NCBI GenBank assembly: GCA_036844485.1
Contig: DAIUFS010000004.1
Coordinates: 4,925-68,924, forward strand
DNA length: 64,000 nucleotides
Direction: 5' to 3'
DNA from: Candidatus Dormiibacterota bacterium
GTDB taxonomy: Bacteria; Chloroflexota; Dormibacteria; Aeolococcales; Aeolococcaceae
The notes under the pieces are model-generated. The model made no database searches, had not been told where the DNA came from, and saw only the letters and a program-made list of their open reading frames with translations. The translations under genes and the position numbers were made by a program. Numbering within the stretch: the first letter of the stretch is position 1; every line of letters begins with the position of its first letter. Shown one piece after another: positions 41,456-52,869 of this stretch.

Positions 41456-42730
41456 GTGGGAGAGCGCACAGCGCCCGAACGCCGCACCGGCAGCGATCCG
41501 GCGTCGGCGGCGCTCGCCGAGATGGTCGATGAGTTCAACTCGGCCTCGGACAGCGACGCGCTGGTTGGCATGGTGCTGCACCGCGCGGTCCTGGAGACGC
41601 GGTCCGACCGCGGCGTGTTGTCCTGGATCGACGGCAACGAGATGATCGTCGCCGGCTGCCACGACCCGTTTGGGGAGCTGGTGCCGATCGGCAGCCGCTG
41701 GCCGCTGGCGGGCGAGCAGGTGAGCGCCGTGGCTCTCGCCGCGGGACGTCCGGAGGCCGGCAGCTATGGAGACATCGACATCGACCGGCTGAGTCCCGCT
41801 CTCCACGAGACCTACACGGGCCTGAAGTACCTCCTGGTGGTCCCGGTGGCGGTGGCGGGCGAGGAGATCGCCATCCTCTGCGTCAGCAGGCGCCGCTCTG
41901 AGGAGTTCACGGCCGAGGACAGCGAGATCCTCGACGCGATCGCCCGAGCATGCGCCCACCCGCTCCGCGCGGCCCGGCTCGGCGACATGCTCGGCGCCGC
42001 GCTGACCCAGCTGGCCGAACGACTCGCCGACGCGGAGTCCGTCGAGCGGGTCAAGACCGACATCCTGCGACTGGCGTCCCACGAGCTGCGCACCCCGCTC
42101 ACCGTTCTCCATGGCTACCTCTCGCTGGTGCGCGACGGCTTCTACGGCGAGATTCCCGACCCACTTGGCGCGGTCATCAAGATCCTCGAACGGCGCACCG
42201 CGGAGATGAACGGGCTTGTCAACGACATGCTCGTCGCCGCCCGCGTCGAGGACGCCCCTGCCGGGGCCGAGCCCGAAACCGTCGACCTCCGCGCACTTCT
42301 CCGTGAGGCCGCCGATTCTGTATCCCTGAGCGCCTCTGCGACGCACCGGGTCCGTGTTGACCTGCCCGTGGATCCGTTGCCGGCTCGCGTCGACGCCGAG
42401 CGCGTGGTGCTGGCCCTGCGCAACATCATCGACAATGCCGTGAAGTACTCTCCGGGCGGGGGAGAGGTGGTCTGCTGCGCCTCTGTCAGCGGCGGCATGG
42501 TGAGGATCCAGGTGACCGATCGCGGCCTGGGCATCGCTCCCGAGGATCGCGACAAGCTGTTCACCCGTTTCGGCCGAGTGCTGACCACCGCCAACTCGCA
42601 CATTCCCGGCATCGGGCTCGGCCTCTACTTCAGCCGTGAGGTGGCCCGTCGCCATGGCGGCGAGGTGAGGCTGGTCGATCGTGACGCCCCGGGCAGCACG
42701 TTCGAGCTCAGCCTCCCGCTGGCTGCGTAG
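41456..42730 (+). CDS. soluble GAF-domain sensor histidine kinase, paralogue of 2265..3431
   Basis: H-box LRLASHELRTPLTVLHGY, N-box LALRNIIDNAVKY, and G-boxes VTDRGLGI and GIGLGLYF. Start is uncertain (GTG at 41456 or ATG at 41522). The upstream part of the ORF track entry (from 40898) overlaps the GNAT gene in antisense. Confidence 0.85.
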   Translation: MGERTAPERRTGSDPASAALAEMVDEFNSASDSDALVGMVLHRAVLETRSDRGVLSWIDGNEMIVAGCHDPFGELVPIGSRWPLAGEQVSAVALAAGRPEAGSYGDIDIDRLSPALHETYTGLKYLLVVPVAVAGEEIAILCVSRRRSEEFTAEDSEILDAIARACAHPLRAARLGDMLGAALTQLAERLADAESVERVKTDILRLASHELRTPLTVLHGYLSLVRDGFYGEIPDPLGAVIKILERRTAEMNGLVNDMLVAARVEDAPAGAEPETVDLRALLREAADSVSLSASATHRVRVDLPVDPLPARVDAERVVLALRNIIDNAVKYSPGGGEVVCCASVSGGMVRIQVTDRGLGIAPEDRDKLFTRFGRVLTTANSHIPGIGLGLYFSREVARRHGGEVRLVDRDAPGSTFELSLPLAA

Positions 42731-42736
42731 CGGTCC

Positions 42737-44850
<2,114 letters not shown>

Positions 44851-44854
<4 letters not shown>

Positions 44855-47541
44855 GCCGCCCTCTCGAGCAGGGCCACCGGGCAGTGGCGGAGCAGGTCGT
44901 CAAGAGCGGTGGAGCCACCCGGCACGGGGCTGCCGTCACAGAGGTTGTGCCAGTCGCCATCGGGCAGCGAGATCATTGTGTCCCCCCAGCGGCCCCTCCT
45001 GGTGAGGGCGCGGCGTTGTGCGATCGCGATCACCGCTGCGGGAGTACCCCGGATGAAGGCGACGACATCATCGGCAAACTCCCCATGCGCGCGCACTGCC
45101 AGGTAGGCGCCGAGCTCGCCGAAGGCCTCCGGGGTGCGCGCCCGCAGGGCCAGCGCGTCGCGGATGAGCAGCAGCTTGGGAGCGCCGCTGTCCTGGTCCG
45201 ACGCCCACGCGGAAGCCGCCGTCCGTCCGGTGTTGGCGCGCAGCATCGCACCGCGCAGCGAGTAGTCCACCGGCCGGCGGTCGTCGGGATCGACAAGGCT
45301 CAGATCCCAGAGCTCGCACCCCTGGTAGACGTCCGGAACGCCGGGCGAGGCCAGCTTGAGGAGGGACATGCTCAGTGAGTTGACCCGGCCCCATTCCACC
45401 AGCGGAGCCACGAAACCCTCCAGGTCGGCAACAAAGTGGGGGTCGGCGAGAACTCTGGTGACGAAGTCGCAGAGCGCCGCGTCGTAGGAGTCGTCGGGCG
45501 CAAGCCAGCTGGTCTGACGCTTGGCTTCGTGGGCCGCCTTCTCCATGTAGGCGCGCGCCCGCTCGACGCCGAGCGGCCACGCGCCAACCAGGGTCTGGTA
45601 GAGCAGGTACTCCATGCTGCCGTCGGGCCGGCCGTCCGGCCACCGTCGCGCATTCATGGCCTGCCATCGGCGCACCGCCGCGGCCCACTCACCTGGGATC
45701 TCGCTGAGCAGGTCGATCCGGCAGCGCACATCCTCGCTGCGCTTGGTGTCGTGTGTGGACGTGGCCAGCAGGGTGCGGGGACGCGTCGCCTGCGCCCGTG
45801 CGTTGCGCTCGTGGAAGGTGGCGGTGTCCATGCCGAAGAGCTCGGGCGAATCGCCGACCTCGTTGAGGGAGACGAGGACGAGGTGACGGTAGAAGGCGGT
45901 GTCCTCGACGCCCTTGGCCGCGGTTGCCGCGCAGAGCTGCTGCAGGCGCAGCACCAGATCGCTCTCGGCCAGGTGGGTGTCCAGCTCTGCGGTGGCGACA
46001 TCAGCCGGCCGGCCGAGGACGAAGAGATCGGCGATGAAGTCGAGAAGGCGCTTGTCGACGTCGGGGGCATTGGCATGCGCTGTCGCCACCGCGGTGCGCA
46101 CGACTGCGGCGTCGGCCTGGGTGGGCGGGGGGACGCGGGGGTCGATGAACGTGCGGTACACGGGAACGGCCGCGACCAGCTCGATGACGGCGTCACGGAT
46201 CTCGCTGTGGGTGTGGTCGCGCTGAGCCGGATAGGCCTCACAGATGCGGGCGAGCAGCCCCGTCAGCCGTTCGACGTCGCTGACCAGGATGGCGCGCAGG
46301 ATGTCGCGCTTGCCCTCGAGAGCCACCCTCGCGAAGTCGGATGGCTGACCGGTCACGTGGTCGTGGAGCTCCACCAGCTGCTGTCTCCCGGCGGGATCGA
46401 CGAACAGGCCGTTGACCCCGGCAAGGAACTCGTAGCCCGTGGTGCCATCGAGCGCCCAGGATGGCGGCTCCTCGTTGCGCTCGAGGATCTTCTCGGCGAT
46501 CAACCACGTATCCGGCCCGGTCGCGTCGCGCAGCCTCTGCGCGTATTGGAGTGGGCGCCGCAGCCCATCGATGTGGTCGATGCGCAGTCCGTCGACGTCA
46601 CCGCCGCGGACCAGCTCAGTTATCAAGGTGCTGAACTCGGCGAAGACCGCCGGGTCCTCCATTTGCACGCCCACCAGCGTGTTGATGTCGAAGAAGCGCC
46701 GGTAATTGACCTCCTCCACCGCCATCGTCCAGCGCGCCAGACGGTGGTGCTGCTCGTTGAGGATGTGATCCAGGGCGGCGACGTCACTGTTGAGCTCGCT
46801 GAGTACGGCGTCCATCGCAGAGGTGATGGCGCCTCCCTGGAGCAGCGCCGCGACCTCCGTGGCGACCGCGTTCCGTGCCAGCATGCGTTGTCTCCTCGAC
46901 GCCTGGTCGTTGCCGTCGGGCAGACGTGCCGCGGCGGCAACGGCACCGACGGCAAGTGGACTCCGAGTGGCGGCCAGCAGTTCGGCGACGGTCTCGACAG
47001 AGAGCGGATAGCGCTGGCCGGCGTGCGCGATCAGAAGCTCGCCGTTCTCGCGCACCAGCCGGATCAACCCGTCCTCGAGAACGCGCCCTACCTGGTCGCT
47101 CAGCACGGGAAGGAGAATGCGGTGACGCAGCCGGGGCTCATCCACCTCCCAGTCGATGTCGAAGAACTCCGCGTACGGTGACGACCGTCCGTCGCCGAGT
47201 ACGTCCCACCACCAGCGGTTGCGCCGATCGGCGATGGACATGTGGTTGGGAACGACGTCGAGCAGCTGACTCAGTCCGTGGTGTCGCAGCATGTCGCACA
47301 TGGCGCGGTGTCCGGCGACGCCGCCCAGGTCATCGCTGATGCGAGTGGGGTCGACCACATCGTACCCGTGGGTGCTGCCCGCCGCCGCCTCCATGTACGG
47401 AGAGCAGTAGACATGGCTGATGCCGAGCTCGGCAAGGTATGCGGCCTGAGCAGCCAGCGCCGCGAAGTCGAACTCGGCGCGCAGCTGCACGCGATAGGTC
47501 GCTCGACGCTGCGGGCGGGTGGCGCTCTGGTCAGCGTTCAT
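44851..47541 (-). CDS. treY: malto-oligosyltrehalose synthase
   Basis: 896 aa with TYRVQLRAEFDF, LGISHVYCSPY, GSTHGYDVVDP, DVVPNHM and GLRIDHIDGL. The glgX start overlaps its stop (GTGA). Confidence 0.95.
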
Positions 47542-47578
47542 CCGGTCACAATCACACCCGTGGCCTGTGTCTTTTGAT

Positions 47579-47592
47579 CGTCGGATTATGAG
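47579..47592 (-). promoter_or_regulatory. CTCATAATCCGACG motif (minus-strand orientation) in the 63-bp treY/treZ divergent intergenic region
   Basis: The plus strand reads cgtcggattatgag. On the minus strand the CATAAT hexamer begins 49 nt upstream of the treY ATG. The adjacent GAGGGGG serves as the SD for the treZ GTG at 47605. Confidence 0.4.
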
Positions 47593-47604
47593 GGGGTCGT
47601 CACC

Positions 47605-49323
47605 GTGAACCGTTGCGCGGTGTGGGCGCCGCGTGCGAGTCGAGTTGAGGTGGAGATGCTCGGCAGACGGCGGCTGCTGAGAGCCTTGCCAGGCGGCTGG
47701 TTCGAGCTTGAAGAAGCATTGGAGGCGGGCGACGAGTACGCGTTGGTGCTCGATGGTGGCACGCCTCGTCCGGATCCACGGTCACCGTGGCAGCCATATG
47801 GCGTACACGGCCCGTCGCGTGCCATCGACCATGCCGCCTTCGGCTGGACGGACGCGGTGTGGCGCGGACGCGCGCTTACCGACTGCGTCGTCTACGAGCT
47901 GCACATCGGAACATTCAGTGAGGCGGGCACCTTTGACGGTGCCGCTGAGCACATCGAACAGCTCGTCGAGCTCGGCGTCGGGGCGGTCGAGCTGCTCCCG
48001 GTCGCCGGCTTTCCCGGCGAACACGGGTGGGGCTATGACGGCGTCGACCTCTACGCCGTGCATCATGCGTACGGCGGACCCGATGGGCTGAAGCGCTTCG
48101 TCGACGCCTGTCACACCTCGGGTCTCGCCGTGATCATGGACGTCGTCTACAACCACCTCGGCCCGGACGGCAACCATCTCGCCGAGTTCGGACCGTATTT
48201 CACCGATCGCTACCGCACGCCCTGGGGCCCGGCCATCAACTACGACGGCGCCGACAGTGACGAGGTGCGCCGCTTTGTCGTCGACAACGCCCTGATGTGG
48301 CTGCGCGACTACCACTGCGACGGCCTGCGCCTCGACGCGGTGCACGCCATCCTCGACAGCTCAGCGGTTCACCTCGTGGAGGAGATCGCCACCGCCGCCC
48401 ACACTCTCTCCGCAGAGCTGAGGCGACCGCTCTGGGTGATCGCGGAGAGCGACCTCAACGATCCCCGGGTGGTGAGCGAGGTGGAACGCGGTGGCTACGG
48501 CTGTGACGCGCAGTGGAGTGACGACTTCCACCATGCGCTGCATGCCGCTCTCACCGGAGAGAGACGCGGCTACTACTCGGACTACGGGCACGTCGGGGAC
48601 ATCGCCAGGGCGTTGTGCGACGTCTTTGTCCACCCGGGCGCGTACTCGCGCTTTCGCCGGCGGCGCCATGGCCGCGCCGTCGGCCCCCTTGCCGCGACGC
48701 GCTTCCTCGGCTACATGCAGGACCACGACCAGGTGGGCAACCGCCCTCGGGGGGAGCGCAGCGCGGCGCTCATGAGCGTGGGGCGAGTGCAGATCGCCGC
48801 CGCGCTTGTGCTCCTGGGTGCCTGTGTGCCCATGCTCTTCGCCGGCGAGGAGTGGGCTGCCTCAACCCCCTTCCTGTACTTCACCGACCACCGGGATGCC
48901 GAGATCGCCCGGCGCGTGTCCGAGGGACGGCGGCTCGAGTTTGCCGCGTTCGGATGGGATCCCGCGACGGTGCCCGATCCCCAGGACCCGGCCACCTTCG
49001 CCCGCTCCCGGCTGCGCTGGTCCGAGCGCGAGAGTGAACCCCACGCCACCGTCCTGCGCTGGTACGCCGAGCTCATCGCGCTGCGCAATCGACTCGAGGT
49101 GCTGCGCAACGGCGATCGGTCGGCGGTCTCGGTCGAGTACGACGAGACGGATCGCTGGCTGGTCATGAGGCGTCCGGCCGTCACCGTCGCGTGCAACTGG
49201 GGCGACACTGCCGTCGAACTCCCCGTCGCCGCCGGTGCCGTGGTTCTCAGCAATCGCGAGGTGGTGCCGTCCGGCGCCGGGACGCTGGTGCCGCCTGACG
49301 GCGCTGTGGTGGCCCGAGCCTAG
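47605..49323 (+). CDS. treZ: malto-oligosyltrehalose trehalohydrolase
   Basis: 572 aa with VYELHIGTF, WGYDGV, DVVYNHLGPDGN, GLRLDAVH and ESDLNDP motifs. Confidence 0.95.
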   Translation: MNRCAVWAPRASRVEVEMLGRRRLLRALPGGWFELEEALEAGDEYALVLDGGTPRPDPRSPWQPYGVHGPSRAIDHAAFGWTDAVWRGRALTDCVVYELHIGTFSEAGTFDGAAEHIEQLVELGVGAVELLPVAGFPGEHGWGYDGVDLYAVHHAYGGPDGLKRFVDACHTSGLAVIMDVVYNHLGPDGNHLAEFGPYFTDRYRTPWGPAINYDGADSDEVRRFVVDNALMWLRDYHCDGLRLDAVHAILDSSAVHLVEEIATAAHTLSAELRRPLWVIAESDLNDPRVVSEVERGGYGCDAQWSDDFHHALHAALTGERRGYYSDYGHVGDIARALCDVFVHPGAYSRFRRRRHGRAVGPLAATRFLGYMQDHDQVGNRPRGERSAALMSVGRVQIAAALVLLGACVPMLFAGEEWAASTPFLYFTDHRDAEIARRVSEGRRLEFAAFGWDPATVPDPQDPATFARSRLRWSERESEPHATVLRWYAELIALRNRLEVLRNGDRSAVSVEYDETDRWLVMRRPAVTVACNWGDTAVELPVAAGAVVLSNREVVPSGAGTLVPPDGAVVARA

Positions 49324-49628
49324 CCCGCGTGCACAGCCGCAGCGCGTTGGGCGGCAAGCTGCACGCCGCTGATGCGGAGCTCGGCGAGGCAGTCGCATTC
49401 GACCACCGCGGTGTCACGAGAGAGGCAGGCGCGGCAGACGATGGCGTCGCAGGGGACGCAGCGGTAGAAGGTATCCGGGATGTCCCCGGCGCACACGGAG
49501 CAGGAGGGGGTGCCGATCTCCCAGACCTCGTCGACGACCTCCAGGTTGGCTGGTGACCCGTCGGGCAGGTGGACGCCGCTGGGTCGGAGGTGGAGGTGCG
49601 CGGGTGGATCGCAGGCGCAGGTTCGCAT
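49320..49628 (-). CDS. small cysteine-rich protein (10 Cys in CxC/CxxC pairs), unknown function
   Basis: 102 aa with CAC...CSVC...CVPC...CRAC...CDC. Strong GC3 bias. A TACACT hexamer lies 7 nt upstream of the ATG, which suggests a leaderless transcript. It shares a palindromic CTAG stop with treZ. Confidence 0.6.
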   Translation of the reverse strand: MRTCACDPPAHLHLRPSGVHLPDGSPANLEVVDEVWEIGTPSCSVCAGDIPDTFYRCVPCDAIVCRACLSRDTAVVECDCLAELRISGVQLAAQRAAAVHAG

Positions 49629-49712
49629 GCGAACAAGTGTACGTCACCGGCTCGCACGTGCTCGGGATTGATCGCCACCGGACCGCCCCCGCGCCGCGGC
49701 GTCCGGACCCGG

Positions 49713-49961
49713 CTACGCGGCGCTTCCCGCTCCGCTCAGCTCGCCCGCCCCCGCCTGGCGGAGCAGGGCACGGGTGGCCGTGACCCGGCAGGCGAGCATC
49801 TCGAGGATCTCGTCGAGGCGCTCACGAAGCTCCGAGTTGAGTGCTATGGGATGGTTGTCGATGTCGCGGAGAAGGGCGGAGAGGCGGACCGCCTTCTGAT
49901 CGATGTGCGCGACGATCTCATGAGGGCTCTCGACCGTCGCGGCGCTCTGACTCGGCTCCAT
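49713..49961 (-). CDS. small helical hypothetical protein
   Basis: 82 aa (MEPSQSAATVESPHEIVAHIDQKAVRLSALLRDIDNHPIALNSELRERLDEILEML...). GGAGG lies 7 nt upstream of the ATG at 49961. The remainder of ORF 49713..50603 was rejected. Confidence 0.6.
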   Translation of the reverse strand: MEPSQSAATVESPHEIVAHIDQKAVRLSALLRDIDNHPIALNSELRERLDEILEMLACRVTATRALLRQAGAGELSGAGSAA

Positions 49962-50139
49962 CCAGATACCTCCGTGGCTTGCCGGTGCGGACGTACCGCC
50001 GCGGGTGGTTGGTACCCGCCGTCCCCCAAGCCTAGGCCGCCCGGGCTCCGGTATCAAGGGCTGACGGGGCGCGCACCCGCGCGCTCTGCCCGGGCGATGG
50101 CCCTGTAGACTGGGCGGCGCCACCGGCGGAAGGCAGCCT

Positions 50140-50224
50140 GCGCGGATGGCGGAACCGGTAGACGCGCGGGACTTAGGATCCCGTGGGGCAACCCATCCGA
50201 GTTCGAGTCTCGGTCCGCGCACCA
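50140..50224 (+). tRNA. tRNA-Leu (anticodon TAG), long variable arm, CCA encoded
   Basis: Acceptor GCGCGGA/TCCGCGC, anticodon stem CGGGA/TCCCG with loop CTTAGGA, variable arm TGGGGCAACCCATC, T-arm CCGAG-TTCGAGT-CTCGG, then A-CCA. Confidence 0.9.
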
Positions 50225-50244
50225 CGCCGCTGAATAGGACACCA

Positions 50245-51543
50245 GTGAGTACAACGACCAGCCCCGTCGAGATCTCCGTGGCCGTGGAGCGACAGCCGGA
50301 CTCGCGCGTCCAGCTCCGCGTCGAGGCGCCGGCGACCGAGCTCGACGCCGCCGTCAACGCCGCCCTGCGCCGCCTCGCCGGGCGGGTGCGGCTTCCCGGC
50401 TTCCGCCCGGGCAAGGCGCCGGCGGCGATGGTGGAGCGCGCGGTGGGCTGGGAGGCGGTGCGCCAGGAGGCGGTTGATGCCTTCGTCCCCGAGTTGTATG
50501 CGCGCGCGCTCGAGCAGGCTGGAGTTGAACCGGTCGACGATCCCCAGCTCGCCCTCGAGCCGGTGGAGCGTGGCCAGTCGCTCATCTTCACCGCCACGGT
50601 CACCGTCCGACCCGATGTCGACCTCGGCGACTACAACTCCCTGCGCGTCGACGTTCCTGCCACCGAGGTGACCGACGACCAGGTCGATGAGATGGTCGAA
50701 GAGCTGCGCCGGCGACACAGCGAGTTGCGCGACGTCGAGCGCCCGGCGCAGTCCGGCGACGTGCTGCGCTGCACGCTGGTGATGCGCCGCGGTGAGGAGG
50801 TGCTCAGCGGCGAGGACGAGGAGGATCGCGACCTCGACATCGACCGCGAGCGGCTGCTTCCGGGTCTCGCCGACGCTCTCATCGGACTGGTGGCCGGCGC
50901 ACAGCGATCTTTCCAGCTCCAGCTACCCGAGGATTTCAGCCGCGAGGAGTTGCGCGGCACCACCGTCGACGTCGACGTCTCGGTGAGCGCGGTGCGTGAG
51001 CGCATCCTTCCCCCTCTCGACGACGCGCTCGCTGCTCTCGGTGAGCACGGGGCCACGCTCGACGAGCTGCGCGCCTACTACCGCGCCCGGCTCGAGGAGA
51101 TCAGTGCCGAACGGGATCGCGAGGCCCTCGAGGCCGCTGCCCTCGAGGCATTGCGCGACCACGTCTCCATCGACCTCCCCGAGTCCATGGTGGAGCGGGA
51201 GATCGACCGCCAGATCGCTGACCTCGAGGTCCGCCTGCAATCGATGGGAATGCCCCTGGAGCGCTACCTCGAGTACACCGGCACCACCACCGAGAAGCTA
51301 CGCGGCGAGCGCCGGGAGGCGGCGGTCCAGCGACTGCGGCTCGAGCTTGCCCTGGACGCGTTGGTGGCGGCCGAGGAAATCGAGGTCGACGAGGCCGCCG
51401 TGGTGCGCGAGGAGGAACGTCTCGCCAAGGGCCGCAAGCTCACCGCCCAGCAGCGCCGGCGCGTCCACCAGGGAACCCATCTCGACCTCGCCCGGCGCGC
51501 CGCCGGCGAGCGCCTGATGGAGATCGTGCGCGGCGACAGCTGA
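50245..51543 (+). CDS. tig: trigger factor
   Basis: The GTG at 50245 has AGGA 6 nt upstream; the ORF track start at 50146 lies inside the tRNA. Motif: RLPGFRPGKAP. Confidence 0.9.
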   Translation: MSTTTSPVEISVAVERQPDSRVQLRVEAPATELDAAVNAALRRLAGRVRLPGFRPGKAPAAMVERAVGWEAVRQEAVDAFVPELYARALEQAGVEPVDDPQLALEPVERGQSLIFTATVTVRPDVDLGDYNSLRVDVPATEVTDDQVDEMVEELRRRHSELRDVERPAQSGDVLRCTLVMRRGEEVLSGEDEEDRDLDIDRERLLPGLADALIGLVAGAQRSFQLQLPEDFSREELRGTTVDVDVSVSAVRERILPPLDDALAALGEHGATLDELRAYYRARLEEISAERDREALEAAALEALRDHVSIDLPESMVEREIDRQIADLEVRLQSMGMPLERYLEYTGTTTEKLRGERREAAVQRLRLELALDALVAAEEIEVDEAAVVREEERLAKGRKLTAQQRRRVHQGTHLDLARRAAGERLMEIVRGDS

Positions 51544-51576
51544 GCACGCCAGAGCTCACTCAAAACCGGGATACGC

Positions 51577-52080
51577 GTGTACGCTGCCACAGCCGTGTGG
51601 TGGAGTCCTCTCCTGCGTCCTCGTCCCACCCGCCGGCCCGACGGATCGTACACAGTCGTCGAGGCCGACGACGTGCTCCCGCCTGTGCCGCTGGCGCCTC
51701 CCGATGAGCCGACGGCGTCGGCCGCAGACGACCTGCGCGCCGCGGCCCGCCTCGCCGCCCACGTCCACAGCGAGGGCCCGCCCGTCGCCGGTGCGGCGGC
51801 CGCCGCGGCGGTCCTCCAGAGGCTCACCGCGCCCGGCGATCCCCGCCGCTTCCAAGCCTGGCTGCTCCAGGGCTTGTACCACCGCATGGCCTGCACCGAG
51901 GCGCGTCGCGGGTCCGGCACCGACGCGCTGGCCCGGGCTCACGAGGTCCGGGCTCGGAGCATTCTGCGCCTGGCCGCGACCAGTCCTGACCGTCTAACCG
52001 CCGCCCGGGCTCGGGCCGCGCTCATCCGCCTTGCGGGCACCAGCCGCTGGGTGACCGATGCGCGGCCGATGAATGACTGA
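51577..52080 (+). CDS. hypothetical Ala/Arg-rich protein inserted between tig and clpP
   Basis: 167-aa GTG-initiated ORF with GC3 bias consistent with coding. No recognisable domain. It fills an otherwise 560-bp gap. Confidence 0.35.
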   Translation: MYAATAVWWSPLLRPRPTRRPDGSYTVVEADDVLPPVPLAPPDEPTASAADDLRAAARLAAHVHSEGPPVAGAAAAAAVLQRLTAPGDPRRFQAWLLQGLYHRMACTEARRGSGTDALARAHEVRARSILRLAATSPDRLTAARARAALIRLAGTSRWVTDARPMND

Positions 52081-52088
52081 GGCGTATC

Positions 52089-52094
52089 TATAAT
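52089..52094 (+). promoter_or_regulatory. consensus -10 hexamer TATAAT, 9 nt before the clpP ATG (leaderless or near-leaderless clpP mRNA)
   Basis: The sequence gtatcTATAATggcccgaccATG has no Shine-Dalgarno sequence between the hexamer and the start codon. Confidence 0.45.
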
Positions 52095-52103
52095 GGCCCG
52101 ACC

Positions 52104-52793
52104 ATGACACCGCAGAACCTGATCCCGATGGTCGTTGAAACAACCAACCGCGGTGAGCGCGCATTCGACATCTACTCGCGCCTGCTCAAGGATCGCATCA
52201 TCTTCATCGGCACGCCGATCGATGATCAGGTGGCCAACGTGGTCATGGCCCAGTTGCTCTTTCTCGCCGGTGAAGATCCCGAGAAGGACATCATGATCTA
52301 CATCAACAGTCCCGGCGGCTCGGTGTACGCGGGGCTGGCGATCTACGACACCATGTGTTATGTCGAACCACGGGTGGGCACCATCTGCATGGGTATCGCC
52401 GCGTCGATGGCGGCGGTGATCCTGGCCGGCGGAGAGGCGGGGATGCGCTTCTCGCTGCCCAACACACGCGTCCTCATCCACCAGCCCTCAGGCGGTTTCA
52501 GCGGCCAGGCCGCCGACATCCAGATCCACGCCCAGGAGATCCTCCGTGTCCGGCGCCGGATCGACGAGATCCTCGCCCAGCACACCGGCAAGCCGATCGA
52601 GGTGATCAACCGCGACTCCGATCGCGACTTCTTCATGAGCGCGGAGGAGGCCAAGGCTTACGGCCTCATCGACGAGATCATTCAAGGGAGGCCCAAGGCT
52701 GGCGGTCCGGTTCCCAAGATCGCCAGCAATGGCGGGGTGCCGCGCGACGGCGGCGATGGGCCCGAGGCGGGCGGAGGTGCGGCCACTCGCTGA
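52104..52793 (+). CDS. clpP: ATP-dependent Clp protease proteolytic subunit, with a ~30-aa Gly/Pro-rich C-terminal extension
   Basis: [37 protein letters not shown] (catalytic Ser) and IHQP (His). Confidence 0.95.
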   Translation: MTPQNLIPMVVETTNRGERAFDIYSRLLKDRIIFIGTPIDDQVANVVMAQLLFLAGEDPEKDIMIYINSPGGSVYAGLAIYDTMCYVEPRVGTICMGIAASMAAVILAGGEAGMRFSLPNTRVLIHQPSGGFSGQAADIQIHAQEILRVRRRIDEILAQHTGKPIEVINRDSDRDFFMSAEEAKAYGLIDEIIQGRPKAGGPVPKIASNGGVPRDGGDGPEAGGGAATR

Positions 52794-52869
52794 GCGCGCA
52801 CGGCCGTGATCGGTTCGTTTCGATCCGGATAGGCGCGGCTCCGGCTGCCCCGTGGTACGGTGATCTGCG

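Noticed and set aside
41312-42655. N-terminal 450 aa of the 593-aa minus-strand ORF 40874..42655
   Set aside because: Only the last ~140 codons show GNAT motifs. The upstream part is antisense to the histidine kinase and has shadow-ORF composition.
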